From an uncultured Chloroflexia bacterium (GTDB taxonomy: Bacteria > Chloroflexota > Anaerolineae > CG2-30-64-16): 64,000 nt of DNA. A model generated the notes under the pieces. It was not told the origin of the DNA and ran no database searches. It saw only the letters and a list, made by a program, of their open reading frames with translations. Made by a program: the position numbers and the translations under genes. Below, piece after piece: positions 45,280 through 55,682 of the stretch. Each line of letters begins with the position of its first letter. Position 1 is the stretch's first letter. The stretch spans positions 1 to 64,000 of the forward strand of contig CAVZDU010000009.1 in the NCBI GenBank assembly GCA_963774265.1, written 5' to 3'.

Positions 45280-48009
45280 TTATTTCAGCTCTTGGGCACG
45301 ATCACTGCGTGCCCACCAAGTGAGGAGACTCCCCGCTACCGAGCATCCCGGCGGCTGCTCCGTCAAGCTGGCCGGACACGCACCGGTCCCCACCGGGAAC
45401 GGCACGCTCATGAGTGCGTCGTAGGACAGGATGATCAAAGCATCCGTGGAATTGACCAGCCCGTCCGCGTTCGCATCCCCGCAGTTCATCGGACAGAACG
45501 CCGCGGTGTCCATGTCCGCATCCGCGGACAGCACGATCAACGCATCCGTCGAGTTCGCCAGCACATCCCCATTCACATCCCCCAGCACTCCCCCCGCACT
45601 CACCACCACCTGCCCGTCCGTGATCATTAACTGCGGCAGCAGGTTGGCGAAGGTCGTGGCCGCCGCCATCACCGTGTACCCCAGGTCCAGCCCGCTCGTC
45701 CCCGCAGCGATGGCGTTGAAGGTGACCTGGAAGACCACGGTGTTGCCGGTCGCGCCGGTAGCGTTGGCCCCATTGAACGAGAGCGAGCCGCTGCCGGTCT
45801 GCCCGGTGTTCACCGCACCCGTGAAGCCCCCCAGCAGGTCGGAGTGGCTGGCATATTGCAGCACCGCCGGGTCCCACGCCAGCGACCCCGTGAAGCTCCC
45901 CAGCTTGTCATTGGGCGCCACAGCCCCCGTCATGTCGATGTTGACGCTCACCACCACCTGCCCGCCCGCGGCCACCGTCCCCGCGGACGGCGTCGCCGCC
46001 GACGTGATGGCGCCAACCTCCACAAAGTTGGCGGTCACGGTCTTATCGGCATTCATTGTGACCGAGCAGCTGGTGCCGCTGCTGCTGTTGCAGCCGCTCC
46101 AGGAACTGAACGCGTAGCCGGTCAGCGGAGTCGCCGTCACGGGGACCACCGTCCCGTAGGCATAGGTGTGCACGCCCACCGCCGGATTGGTCGTCCCCGC
46201 GCCGCTCGGGTTCACCGCAATGGTCAGATCGTGGGTGACCGTGGCAAAGTGTGCGGTGACGCTCCGGTCCTCGTCCATCGTCACCAAGCAGGCGCCGCTG
46301 CCGGTGCAGTCGCCGCTCCAGTGGTCAAACGTGTGCCCGGGGTTCGCCGTCGCCGTCACGCTGACGCTCTGGCCCTGGGGATATGTATGGGTCCCCGCCG
46401 ACGGGCTAATCGTGCCACCCCCGGCCGGGTCGACCGCGGTCGTCAGCACCTGCGTCGGGCCGCTGATGTACGGATCAATCGTGTACGACAGCGAAAAGTT
46501 GGATGGAGTGCACGATCCCGTTGTGGACCTGACATATTCGACGGTCGCCAGATCCGACGCGATCGTGATCTTCAGGTGGCCCGAGTTGGGGCAAATGGCA
46601 ATCGTCTCATAGTCCGTGTAGGTACCCACGGTGTAGATGCCGCCGAATACGCCGCCGCCCATGCTGGGCGAGGGGACTTCCTGGTAGACGATGCCGTCCC
46701 GCTTCTCATAGACGTACCCGTGATCGTGCCCGTGGAAGTAGCCGCTGACGTGGTTGTCCAGCATCAACTGGTGGATCGGCACCGGAAAGTCCTCTGCAGT
46801 GCGGTTGTCCGCAAAGCCCTCGGTGCCGTCAAAGTTCTTTCCCCCCCACTCGAAATACCCGGCTGCCTCGGCGCCGCCGCGCACGTACCCTGCTCCACCG
46901 CTGACACTATTATCCGGAATCCCGCCTACCATCTGATGGGAGAACATGAACTTGTACCTGGCAGTGCTGTTCTCCAGAGTCTGCTTCAGCCAGGCGTACT
47001 GCTCGGCGCCCAGCGTCCAGAGCCACTGGTCGGCAACGACCGTTTCGTCGCTCTCTTCGTTGGCGATGGCGGTATAGGGCATGGTCATGGTGTACTGGAA
47101 CGGGTCGATGACCACGAACAGCGCATCGCCCCATTCCCAGGCGTAATAGTCCTCGCGGTACTCGTCACCGTAAGTCGCTTCGTCAATCGCAGCCAAGGGA
47201 TCCGTGTTCGCCGAGTAGAACCCGTCGTTGATCGGAGTGGGGTAGAACGCCTTGCGCGCCTGGATGCTGAGCAAGGCACGGCTGGGAGTATCATCCAGGT
47301 TCCAGCCCTCTTCTTCCTCGTGATTGCCCGACGACAGAAAGATCGGAACCGAATGGCCGATGCGGTCAAAGTACGTTGGCTCGCGGAAATTCAGATACCT
47401 GGTATTGACCGCACTCTGGGTCTCTGACGACGCGTTGTCCACCATGAAGGTGTCGCCCAGGTCGACAGCAAAGTCAGGCAGTTCACCGAGGATGTTGTTC
47501 ATCGTCGTTGACCCGGCGTTGCCATGCGCGTCGGAGGTGACGGTGAAGACAAACGGGCTGCCCGCAGCGCGCTGCGTCCAGAACGAGTGCTCCGTCCGCA
47601 CCACCCAGTCGTCCATGGCCTCTCCAGGAGCATGGTAGCGCAGGCGGTAAAAGTACTGGGTGTTGGCCGTCAGCCCGCTCATGGTGATCTCGTGCGGCTG
47701 GCCGCCGGTGGCCGTGACGTTGGGCGTCTGCAAAGTATAAGAAGGTGCTGACGCAGGCCGGTACTGGTAGTGATACTCGATCGTCGACACGGGAACGATG
47801 TTGATCGTCACCGCCGCGTCGGTCGGCTTGCCGAGGAGCTCCTCCGCGGTGAAGGTGATCGTCGTGGCGGCCTGCACAGAGAGGATGGATCCCCCCACCG
47901 ACGACAAGACCAGAATCAGGAGAATGAGGACTCTCCCAAGCGTCGTCGGCCGAATACCAGAAACGCTCTTGTTCCGGATCATGTTGAAAAATAGCTTCTT
48001 TGCGGACAC
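45280..48009 (-). CDS. Secreted metallophosphoesterase + 2 InlB-B-like repeats + cohesin + dockerin [gene B]
   Basis: GGAGG-GTG start; SDAH/DLGD/GNHE/HGHDH; cohesin-like ~45600-46010 (LGSFTGSLAWDPAVLQY...SFNGAN...FQVTF); dockerin ~45410-45582. Confidence 0.87.
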   Translation of the reverse strand: MSAKKLFFNMIRNKSVSGIRPTTLGRVLILLILVLSSVGGSILSVQAATTITFTAEELLGKPTDAAVTINIVPVSTIEYHYQYRPASAPSYTLQTPNVTATGGQPHEITMSGLTANTQYFYRLRYHAPGEAMDDWVVRTEHSFWTQRAAGSPFVFTVTSDAHGNAGSTTMNNILGELPDFAVDLGDTFMVDNASSETQSAVNTRYLNFREPTYFDRIGHSVPIFLSSGNHEEEEGWNLDDTPSRALLSIQARKAFYPTPINDGFYSANTDPLAAIDEATYGDEYREDYYAWEWGDALFVVIDPFQYTMTMPYTAIANEESDETVVADQWLWTLGAEQYAWLKQTLENSTARYKFMFSHQMVGGIPDNSVSGGAGYVRGGAEAAGYFEWGGKNFDGTEGFADNRTAEDFPVPIHQLMLDNHVSGYFHGHDHGYVYEKRDGIVYQEVPSPSMGGGVFGGIYTVGTYTDYETIAICPNSGHLKITIASDLATVEYVRSTTGSCTPSNFSLSYTIDPYISGPTQVLTTAVDPAGGGTISPSAGTHTYPQGQSVSVTATANPGHTFDHWSGDCTGSGACLVTMDEDRSVTAHFATVTHDLTIAVNPSGAGTTNPAVGVHTYAYGTVVPVTATPLTGYAFSSWSGCNSSSGTSCSVTMNADKTVTANFVEVGAITSAATPSAGTVAAGGQVVVSVNIDMTGAVAPNDKLGSFTGSLAWDPAVLQYASHSDLLGGFTGAVNTGQTGSGSLSFNGANATGATGNTVVFQVTFNAIAAGTSGLDLGYTVMAAATTFANLLPQLMITDGQVVVSAGGVLGDVNGDVLANSTDALIVLSADADMDTAAFCPMNCGDANADGLVNSTDALIILSYDALMSVPFPVGTGACPASLTEQPPGCSVAGSLLTWWARSDRAQELK

Positions 48010-48109
48010 GGTGTCCTCCACTGGTAAGATGATGTCGCCTCTCCCGGGTTGGGTCCAGCGATCGACGAAGCAGCAGGTTCACAGGATGGCTCTGCGCCCA
48101 CCCCCGGCG

Positions 48110-48658
48110 CTATATGTTCCTGACGATCATCGGGAGATAGATCGTCGTACCCACGACAACCTGCCCATCCCTGACCGTGAGAACTGGCAGCAGGCTCGCA
48201 AACGTCGTCGCGGCAGCCATGGTCGAGTAGCCCAGATTGAGGGGGCTGGTTCCGGCTCCCACCACGTCGAAGGTGATGGCGAGAACGGTGATATTGCCGG
48301 TGACCCCGGTTGCATTTGCCCCATTGAAGACAAGATGTCCGGGCGAGGGATTGACCACACCGGTGAAACCGGCCAGGATCCCCGAATGGCTGCTGTACTT
48401 GAGTACGGCAGTATTCCAATCCAGGGTGCCGGTGAACGATCCCAGTTTGTTATCGGGTGTATTGACGCCGGAGACGTCGATGTTGATGCTGACCACAATC
48501 TGTTGGCCGACGCTCGGCGCAGCATTTGAAGCCGCAGCCGTTGATGTCGCAACGCCGCTGACCGCGAAAGCCGGAGCACCTCCGCTCATCACGCCAGCGA
48601 GCACCAGAACGACAGCCGTCAGCAGGCGCCAACAAAGCGGGATACATGAAGATGCCAT
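48110..48658 (-). CDS. Single-cohesin mini-scaffoldin with C-terminal YLP motif [gene C]
   Basis: Signal peptide (...PAFA), one cohesin-like domain, ends TTIYLPMIVRNI. Confidence 0.82.
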   Translation of the reverse strand: MASSCIPLCWRLLTAVVLVLAGVMSGGAPAFAVSGVATSTAAASNAAPSVGQQIVVSINIDVSGVNTPDNKLGSFTGTLDWNTAVLKYSSHSGILAGFTGVVNPSPGHLVFNGANATGVTGNITVLAITFDVVGAGTSPLNLGYSTMAAATTFASLLPVLTVRDGQVVVGTTIYLPMIVRNI

Positions 48659-48748
48659 TCGTTAAGCTTCTCTCTTCTCAGAAGACTTGAGGATGCTTCC
48701 AGCACAGGGAAGCTTACGTCTTCCGTGTCGATCCGCGGCAATCAGCAA

Positions 48749-48785
48749 GGTTGGGGGGCCCAGAACAGTTCTGAGCCCCCCAACC
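48749..48785. other. GC-rich intergenic stem-loop after the scaffoldin gene
   Basis: ggttggggggcccagaac-a-gttctgagccccccaacc. Confidence 0.7.
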
Positions 48786-48791
48786 CCGACG

Positions 48792-51700
48792 CTACTGATT
48801 CTTGCTGATTAACGGTAAGTACAGGTAGTACGTCCGTACACTGAAATGGGCGGTGACGGTCTTGTTTGCGTCCATGGTGACCGAACAAGAACCGGCGCCG
48901 GTGCAGGCCCCACTCCAGGAGTCGAACTTGTACCCGGCCGCGGGGGTCGCCGTGACCGCGACGACGGCGCCTGACGTATAGGTGTGGACGCCCACCGCAG
49001 GATTCGTGGTGCCACTTCCTAGCGGGTCGACGGCGATGGTCAGGCTAAAGATCTGGACGTAGTTGACCGTGGCAGTGCGAGCGGCGGCAGGCATGGTGAC
49101 CGTGTTGGTGGTCGCCGTGCTGGCGTTGTTGTCCGTGCCGCTCCAGCTGCCCACAGTCCAGCCTGCGCCCGGCGTAGCGGTAAGGCTGACCACCGTGCCT
49201 GCCAGGTACTGCCCAGGAGCGCAGCCGGTCGAGTTGGCCGGGCTGGGTGCCGGGTCAGTGCCAGTGCCGGTGTGGGTCAGCGTCAGCGCGTAGCAGGTCG
49301 GCGGGATTTCGATGTAGTTGACTGTGACAGTCCGCACCGCTGCCGGCATGGTGACTTGGTTGGTAGTCGCCGCGCTGCCGTCGTTGTCGGTGCCGATCCA
49401 GCTACCCACGGTCCAGCCCGAGCCAGGCGTGGCGGTGAGGGTGATGACCGCGGCGGCCACGTACTGCCCGGAAGTGCAGCCGGTCGAGTTGGCCGGGCTA
49501 GCCACCGGGTCGGTGCCGTTGCCCGTGTGGATCCTGGTCAGCGCATAGCAGGTCGGCTGGATTTCGGTGTAGGTGACGCTCGCGGCGTGCGCCGCAGCCG
49601 GCATGGTCACCTGGTTAGTGGTCGAGGTGCTGGCATCGTCGTCGGTGCCGGTCCAGCTGCCCACCTTCCAGCCTGAGCCGGGTGCGGCCGTGAGGCTGAT
49701 GACCGCGCCCGCCACGTACTGCCCGGCAGAGCAGCCGGTCGAGTTCGTCGGGCTGGCTGCCGGATCGCTGCCCGTGCCCGTGTGGGTTAGCGTCAGCGCA
49801 TAGCAGACGGGCGGGATTTCGACGTAATTAACCGTGACCGTCTGCGGCCAATCGGGCATTACGACCGTGTTGGTGGTGGACGTGCTGGTATCGTCGTTGG
49901 TGCCAAGCCAGCTGCCCACGGTCCAGCCTGAGTCAGGGGCAGCGGTGAGCGTGATGACCTCGTCCGCCACATAGAGTCCAACGGCGCAGCCGGTCGAGCG
50001 GATCGGGCTGGCCACCGGGTTGGAGCCGGCGCCCGTGTGCGTCCTCACCAACCAATTGCACGCCGGTTGGATTTCAGTATAGGCGACGCTCGCGGCGTGT
50101 GCCGCAGCCGGCATGGTCACCTGGTTGGTGGTCGAGGTGCTGGCATCGTTGTCGGTGCCGGTCCAGCTGCCCACGGTCCAGCCGGAGGCAGGCGCGGCCG
50201 TGAGGCTGATCACCGCGCCCGCCGCGTACTGCCCAGCCGCACAGCCGGTCGAGTTCGCCGGGCTGGCTGTCGGGTCGGACCCGGTGCCCGTGTGGGTCAG
50301 CGTCAGCGCGTAGCAGGTCGCGGTCCACTGCCGCGTACAGCGTGATGTCTGCCGCAAACGAATAGGTCGCCCCGTTCGTATACGCCGTGCCCCCGCCGCC
50401 GGACGCCGTGTTCCAGCCGCCGAACGTGTAGCCCGCGCGTGAACGTGTTGAGCTTCAGCGCCGTCGGCACGCTGGCCGTCTGCGCCGTCATCGTGCCCGT
50501 CCCACCGTTGGCGTTGAACGTCACCGTGTGGTTGGCCGCGGTCGCAGTGACCGAATCGTCGGTCACCGTCACGCCCGGCAGCATGTTACAGATGCTTACC
50601 GCTGCCGCCATGGCCGTGTAGTTCAGGTCCAGCGCACTCGTCCCCGCTGCCACCACATTGAACGTGATGGCAGTGACGGTCACGTCCCCCGAACCACTCG
50701 CATTCGCCCCGTTGAACGTGATGCTCCCCGTCCCCGCATTGGCCGTGTTGACGTTGCCCGTGAAGCCGCTCGGCAGATTCGTGTTGCTCACGTACGTCAG
50801 CACCGCCGGGTTCCACGCCAGCGAGCCCGTGAAGCTCCCCAGCAAGACACCGGTCGGCACATCGATGGCGATCGTCGCCACGATCTGCTGGCCCACCCCC
50901 GGCGTGTCGTTCGATGCACTCACCGACGACGCCGCTCCACCGCAGGACGTGGATGCCCACTGCGCGTACAACGTGATGTCCGCCGCAAACGAGTAGACCT
51001 GGCCGTCGGTGTAGGCCGTCCCCGAACCGTTGGACGCCGTGTTCCACCCGCTGAACGTGTACCCCGTCCGCGTGCAACGTGTTTGCCTTCAGCGCCGTCG
51101 GCACCGCGGCGACCTGCGCCGTCATCGTGCCCGTCCCACCGTTCGCATTGAACGTCACCGTGTGGCTGACCCCTGTCGCAGTGACCGAATCGTCGGTCAC
51201 CGTCACGCCCGGCAGCATGTTACAGATGCTTACCGCTGCCGCCATGGCCGTGTAGTTCAGGTCCAGCGCACTCGTCCCCGCTGCCACCACATTGAACGTG
51301 ATGGCAGTGACGGTCACGTCCCCCGAACCACTCGCATTCGCCCCGTTGAACGTGATGCTCCCCGTCCCCGCATTGGCCGTGTTGATGACGCCCGTGAAGC
51401 CGCTCGGCAGAGTCGTGTTGCTCACGTACGTCAGCACCGCCGGGTTCCAGGTCAGCGAGCCCGTGAAGCTCCCCAGCAAGACACCGGTCGGCACATCGAT
51501 GGCGATCGTCGCCACGATCTGCTGGCCCACCGCCGGCGCGTCGTTCGATGCACTCACCGACGACGCCGCTCCACCGCAGGTCGCTTCGGCAAAGTTCGCC
51601 GTGACGCTCTTCGCCGCATCCATCGTCACCGCGCACGTCCCCGTCCCGCTGCACCCCGCACCGCTCCAGCCCGTAAACGTCGACCCCGCCGAAGCTGCGG

Positions 51701-53763
51701 CCGTCAGCGTCACCGACTGGTTGTAGTTGTAGGCCTCCGAGCAGTCTGCTCCGCAGCTGATGCCGGCCGGCGCACTCGTCACCGTCCCGCTCCCTGTGCC
51801 GGTCTTACTCACCGTCAGCGTGTACGTGTTCAGCGTGAAGTTCGCCGTGACGCTCTTCGCCGCATCCATCGTCACCGCGCACGTCCCCGTCCCGCTGCAC
51901 CCCGCACCGCTCCAGCCCGTAAACGTCGACCCCGCCGAAGCTGCGGCCGTCAGCGTCACCGACGAGCCGGCGTTGAAGCTCGCCGAGCACGTCGAGCCAC
52001 AGTTGATCCCCGCCGGTGCACTCGTCACCGTCCCGCTGCCCGTGCCGGTCTTGCTCACCGTCAGCGTGTACGTCGGCGCATTCACCGTCACCGAACTATC
52101 GTAGATCGTCAGAATGGGCAGCAGGCTCGGGAAGGGAGAGCCAGCCGCCGCCATGGCCGAGTAGTCCAGATCCAAGGCGCTAGTCCCTACTGCCGCCGCG
52201 GTGAAAGTCACCACCAGCACGGTCACGTCGCCGGTTGCACCGTCGGGATTGCTCCCGTTGAACGTGATGGTCCCGCTCCCGGCATTGGTGATATTCACGA
52301 TACCGGAAAAGCCCGCCGGCGGGGCGCCGGAGTAGCTTACGTACGTCAGGACAGCAGGATCCCGAATCTAGCGTGCCGCTGTAACTGCCCAGCTCGGCGC
52401 CGGAGGCGTTGGTCATGTCGATGTCAATGGTGACCACAACCTGTTGGCCGACCGTCCGTACACTGAAGTCAGGCGATGCCGACGACACCACGCTGTTGCT
52501 CGATGCGGCAAAGTTCGCCGTGACGCTCTTCGCCGCATCCATCGTCACCGCGCACGTCCCCGTCCCGCTGCACCCCGCACCGCTCCAGCCCGTAAACGTC
52601 GACCCCGCCGAAGCCGCGGCCGTCAGCGTCACCGACTGGTTGTAGTTGTAGGCCTCCGAGCAGTCTGCTCCGCAGCTGATGCCGGCCGGCGCACTCGTCA
52701 CCGTCCCGCTCCCTGTGCCGGTCTTGCTCACCGTCAGTGTGTAGGTGTTCAGCGTGAAGTTCGCCGTGACGCTCTTCGCCGCATCCATCGTCACCGTGCA
52801 CGTCCCCGTCCCGCTGCACCCCGCACCGCTCCAGCCCGTAAACGTCGACCCCGCCGAAGCTGCGGCCGTCAGCGTCACCGACTGGTTGTAGTTGTAGGCC
52901 TCCGAGCAGTCTGCTCCGCAGCTGATGCCGGCCGGCGCACTCGTCACCGTCCCGCTCCCTGTGCCGGTCTTACTCACCGTCAGCGTGTACGTGTTCAGCG
53001 TGAAGTTCGCCGTGACGCTCTTCGCCGCATCCATCGTCACCGCGCACGTCCCCGTCCCGCTGCACCCCGCACCGCTCCAGCCCGTAAACGTCGACCCCGC
53101 CGAAGCTGCGGCCGTCAGCGTCACCGACGAGCCGGCGTTGAAGCTCGCCGAGCACGTCGAGCCACAGTTGATCCCCGCCGGTGCACTCGTCACCGTCCCG
53201 CTGCCCGTGCCGGTCTTGCTCACCGTCAGGGTGTACGTCGACGCGGCCACAGTGACTGAACCATCCGTGACCGTAGTGATGTTGGCCATCAAGCTCTGCA
53301 GGTTAATCGCGGTAGCCATAGCGGAAAAGTTCAGGTCGAGGGTACTTGTCCCCGTTCCTATCACCAGGAAGGTAACGCGGTAGACCTCCACCACATCCTG
53401 CATGCCATCGACGTTGGTCCCGTTGATGGTCAGCAGCCCATTGTCAACCTGGCTGGTATTGGTAGACCCGCTGAAACCATTCTGGTATTGGCGGCTTTGA
53501 TAATCCAGGATGGCTGCGTCCCACTGCAACGTGGAGCTAAAACTCCCCAACAGGTCGTCGGGATACTGCATGTTGGTGACATCAATCGTGACGCTTACGG
53601 TGATCGTGTCACCGTTGTTCGGCGCCGCGTTCGAAGGCGTTGCCGCCGCGGTCACACTGCCCGTTGCAGCAAATGCCGGCACAGCTCCCAGCATCGCGGC
53701 GTTGAACGCCAGGGCGATCACCAGCAACAGACGCCAGTAAAACAAAGTGTGTTTGGTTTTCAT
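48792..53763 (-). CDS. Scaffoldin-like protein (~1,650 aa): 4 cohesins, 13 InlB-B-like spacer repeats, C-terminal YLP motif [gene D]; frameshifts ~52366, ~51075, ~50435, ~50332
   Basis: Four ORF pieces join into one protein; cohesins ~53250-53660, ~52085-52495, ~51180-51575, ~50545-50945; ends YYLYLPLISKNQ. Confidence 0.82.
49040..50320 (-). repeat. Five ~255-bp coding repeats (85 aa, Cys-containing beta modules)
   Basis: CYALTLTHTGTG.DP.ASP.NSTGC..GQY.AG.VI.LTA...W.VGSW.GTD. Confidence 0.85.
51590..53240 (-). repeat. Five 246-bp coding repeats (82 aa divergent InlB-B), in blocks of 3 and 2 around cohesin 2
   Basis: YTLTVSKTGTGSGTVTSAPAGI.CG..CS...FTGWSGAGCSGTGTC.VTMDAAKSVTANF. Confidence 0.85.
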
Positions 53764-53812
53764 GCTCTCAGCCTCTCCATTGTCTGAATTGTTCCAGCCT
53801 TGCGCCCTTCGC

Positions 53813-55574
53813 TCACGGGCATCCTGCTGGCTTGGTGACGGTGGCTGGGCACGCGCCGGTCTCAACCGGGAACGCCACGCTCATGCCCACGTCGAAGGAC
53901 AGGATGATCAGCGCGTCGGTAGAATTCACGTACCCGTCCGCATTCACATCGCCACAGTTCATGGGACAGTACTGCGTGCTGTCAATGCCTACGTCGGCCG
54001 AGAGGACGATCAGGGCATCGGTCGAGTTCGCCTCGCCGTCGTCATTGACGTCACCCAGGACCGAGACAGGCAGTTCCCCGCCCTCGATGGTGAAGCTGTG
54101 CACGGCCGTGGCCTGGTCCATGCGGAAGTACTGGACCGTCGTCTCATCCGGTGCCACGGTCACGAGCACGTGGCCGCAGTTGGGCTGAGTGGCGATGGTG
54201 TACCCGCTGCCGGCGGTGTACATGTTGAACCCGCTCCCGTTGTTGCCCCAGCCGGCGACGGGCATGGACAGGTAGACCACGTTATCCTTCTTCTCGTAGG
54301 CGTACTGGTGATCGTGGCCATGGAACACGGCGTCGACGCCGTAATTGTTAAAAATCGTGTGCAGCGGCTCGCTACCCCACCCGGCGCGCCTGGTGGCCCA
54401 GGAATAGGTGGTGCCATCCTCGTCGTAGCCGCCCATCTCCACCAGGTTCACGTGATTGGCGCCGGCATGGCCATAGTCCTCCTGGTTGTTTAGGCTGGCG
54501 TCGGTCGGCATCTGGTGGGTAAAGACGAACTTGTACGTGGCGTTGCTGTTCTGCAGGGTCGTCTTGACCCAGTTGAACTGCGTCTGCCCCAGGGTCCAGG
54601 ACCAGGCATCGCCGGTTCCCGTCCCGTTCGTCTCGCCGCCGCCCGGGTCGTTGACGTACGGCTTGGACGTCGTGTACCAGTAGGGGTCGATCACCATGAA
54701 CAGCGCGTCGCCCCAGGTCCAGGCGTAGTAGCTTTCCTTGTACTGATCGCCCCCCAGCAAGGGCTCAAGCGCCGTGTCGCCGGTGTAGAACCCGCCTGGC
54801 TGCGGCATCGGGAAGTACTTTTTCTGGGCTTTGGTACCGATGATGGGCAGGCTGTCCACGGGATCGCCGGCATCGTTCGGCGTGCCAGCGACGTGCCAGT
54901 TTTCCTTCTGCTCGTGGTTCCCGGGGATTAGGAACACCGGCGCCGAGTGGCTGAACAGGTTAGAAGTACTGGTACTGGTCGATGTAGGCCTGGTTGGCTC
55001 CCGCCTGATCGCTGGGATCCACATTGGTGTACATGGCCACGGTGTCGCCGAGGTCAAAGTGGAATTCCGGGTTATGAGCGGCGACCTCCTGGGCTACATT
55101 CGTCCATGTGGCCGACTGGCCCATCAGAATGCCCACGTGCGAGTCGGAGGTGAGGGTGAAGCTGAAGGTGCTGCCCGCCGCACGGGCCGTCTGGAAGGAG
55201 CGTTCCGTCCGCGTCTCCCAGGTGGAGCCACCATCGGTGCTGTATTGCATCCGGTAGTAGTACTTGGTGTTGGTGCTCAGGCTACCGAGGACTACGGTCG
55301 TGGGCGCATTGGCCGCCGCGGCCGTGTTGCCGGTAGTGGTGTATGGTCCCCCGGGCGCGGTGCCGTACTGGAAGCGCACGGTGATCGCCGTCTGGGGGAC
55401 GAAGGTGACGGAGATTGAATTGGCCGTCGGCCGGGTGAGCAGCTCCGTTCCGGTGAAGGTGATCGGCGCCGCATGAACAGGTGGTGCTGGCACGACCACC
55501 AGCGCAGAGAGCAGGACCAGGAGCGCCGTGAACCTCCCGATCGTGGCCAGATGAATCCATGATCTGTGTTGCAT
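53813..55574 (-). CDS. Secreted metallophosphoesterase + dockerin [gene E]; frameshift ~54962
   Basis: Signal peptide; SDSH, DLGD, GNHE, HGHDH; GDVNDDGEANSTDAL...GDVNADGYVNSTDAL. Confidence 0.86.
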
Positions 55575-55682
55575 TTTGGCCTCCTCAGGCTTGCGTAATG
55601 TAATGAATTTGGTGTTCTAGGCTGCTGCCACAAGGTTCTTTTTGGAACAATCCGGTGCATCCGGCGCGTCGCGGCCGCCGGC

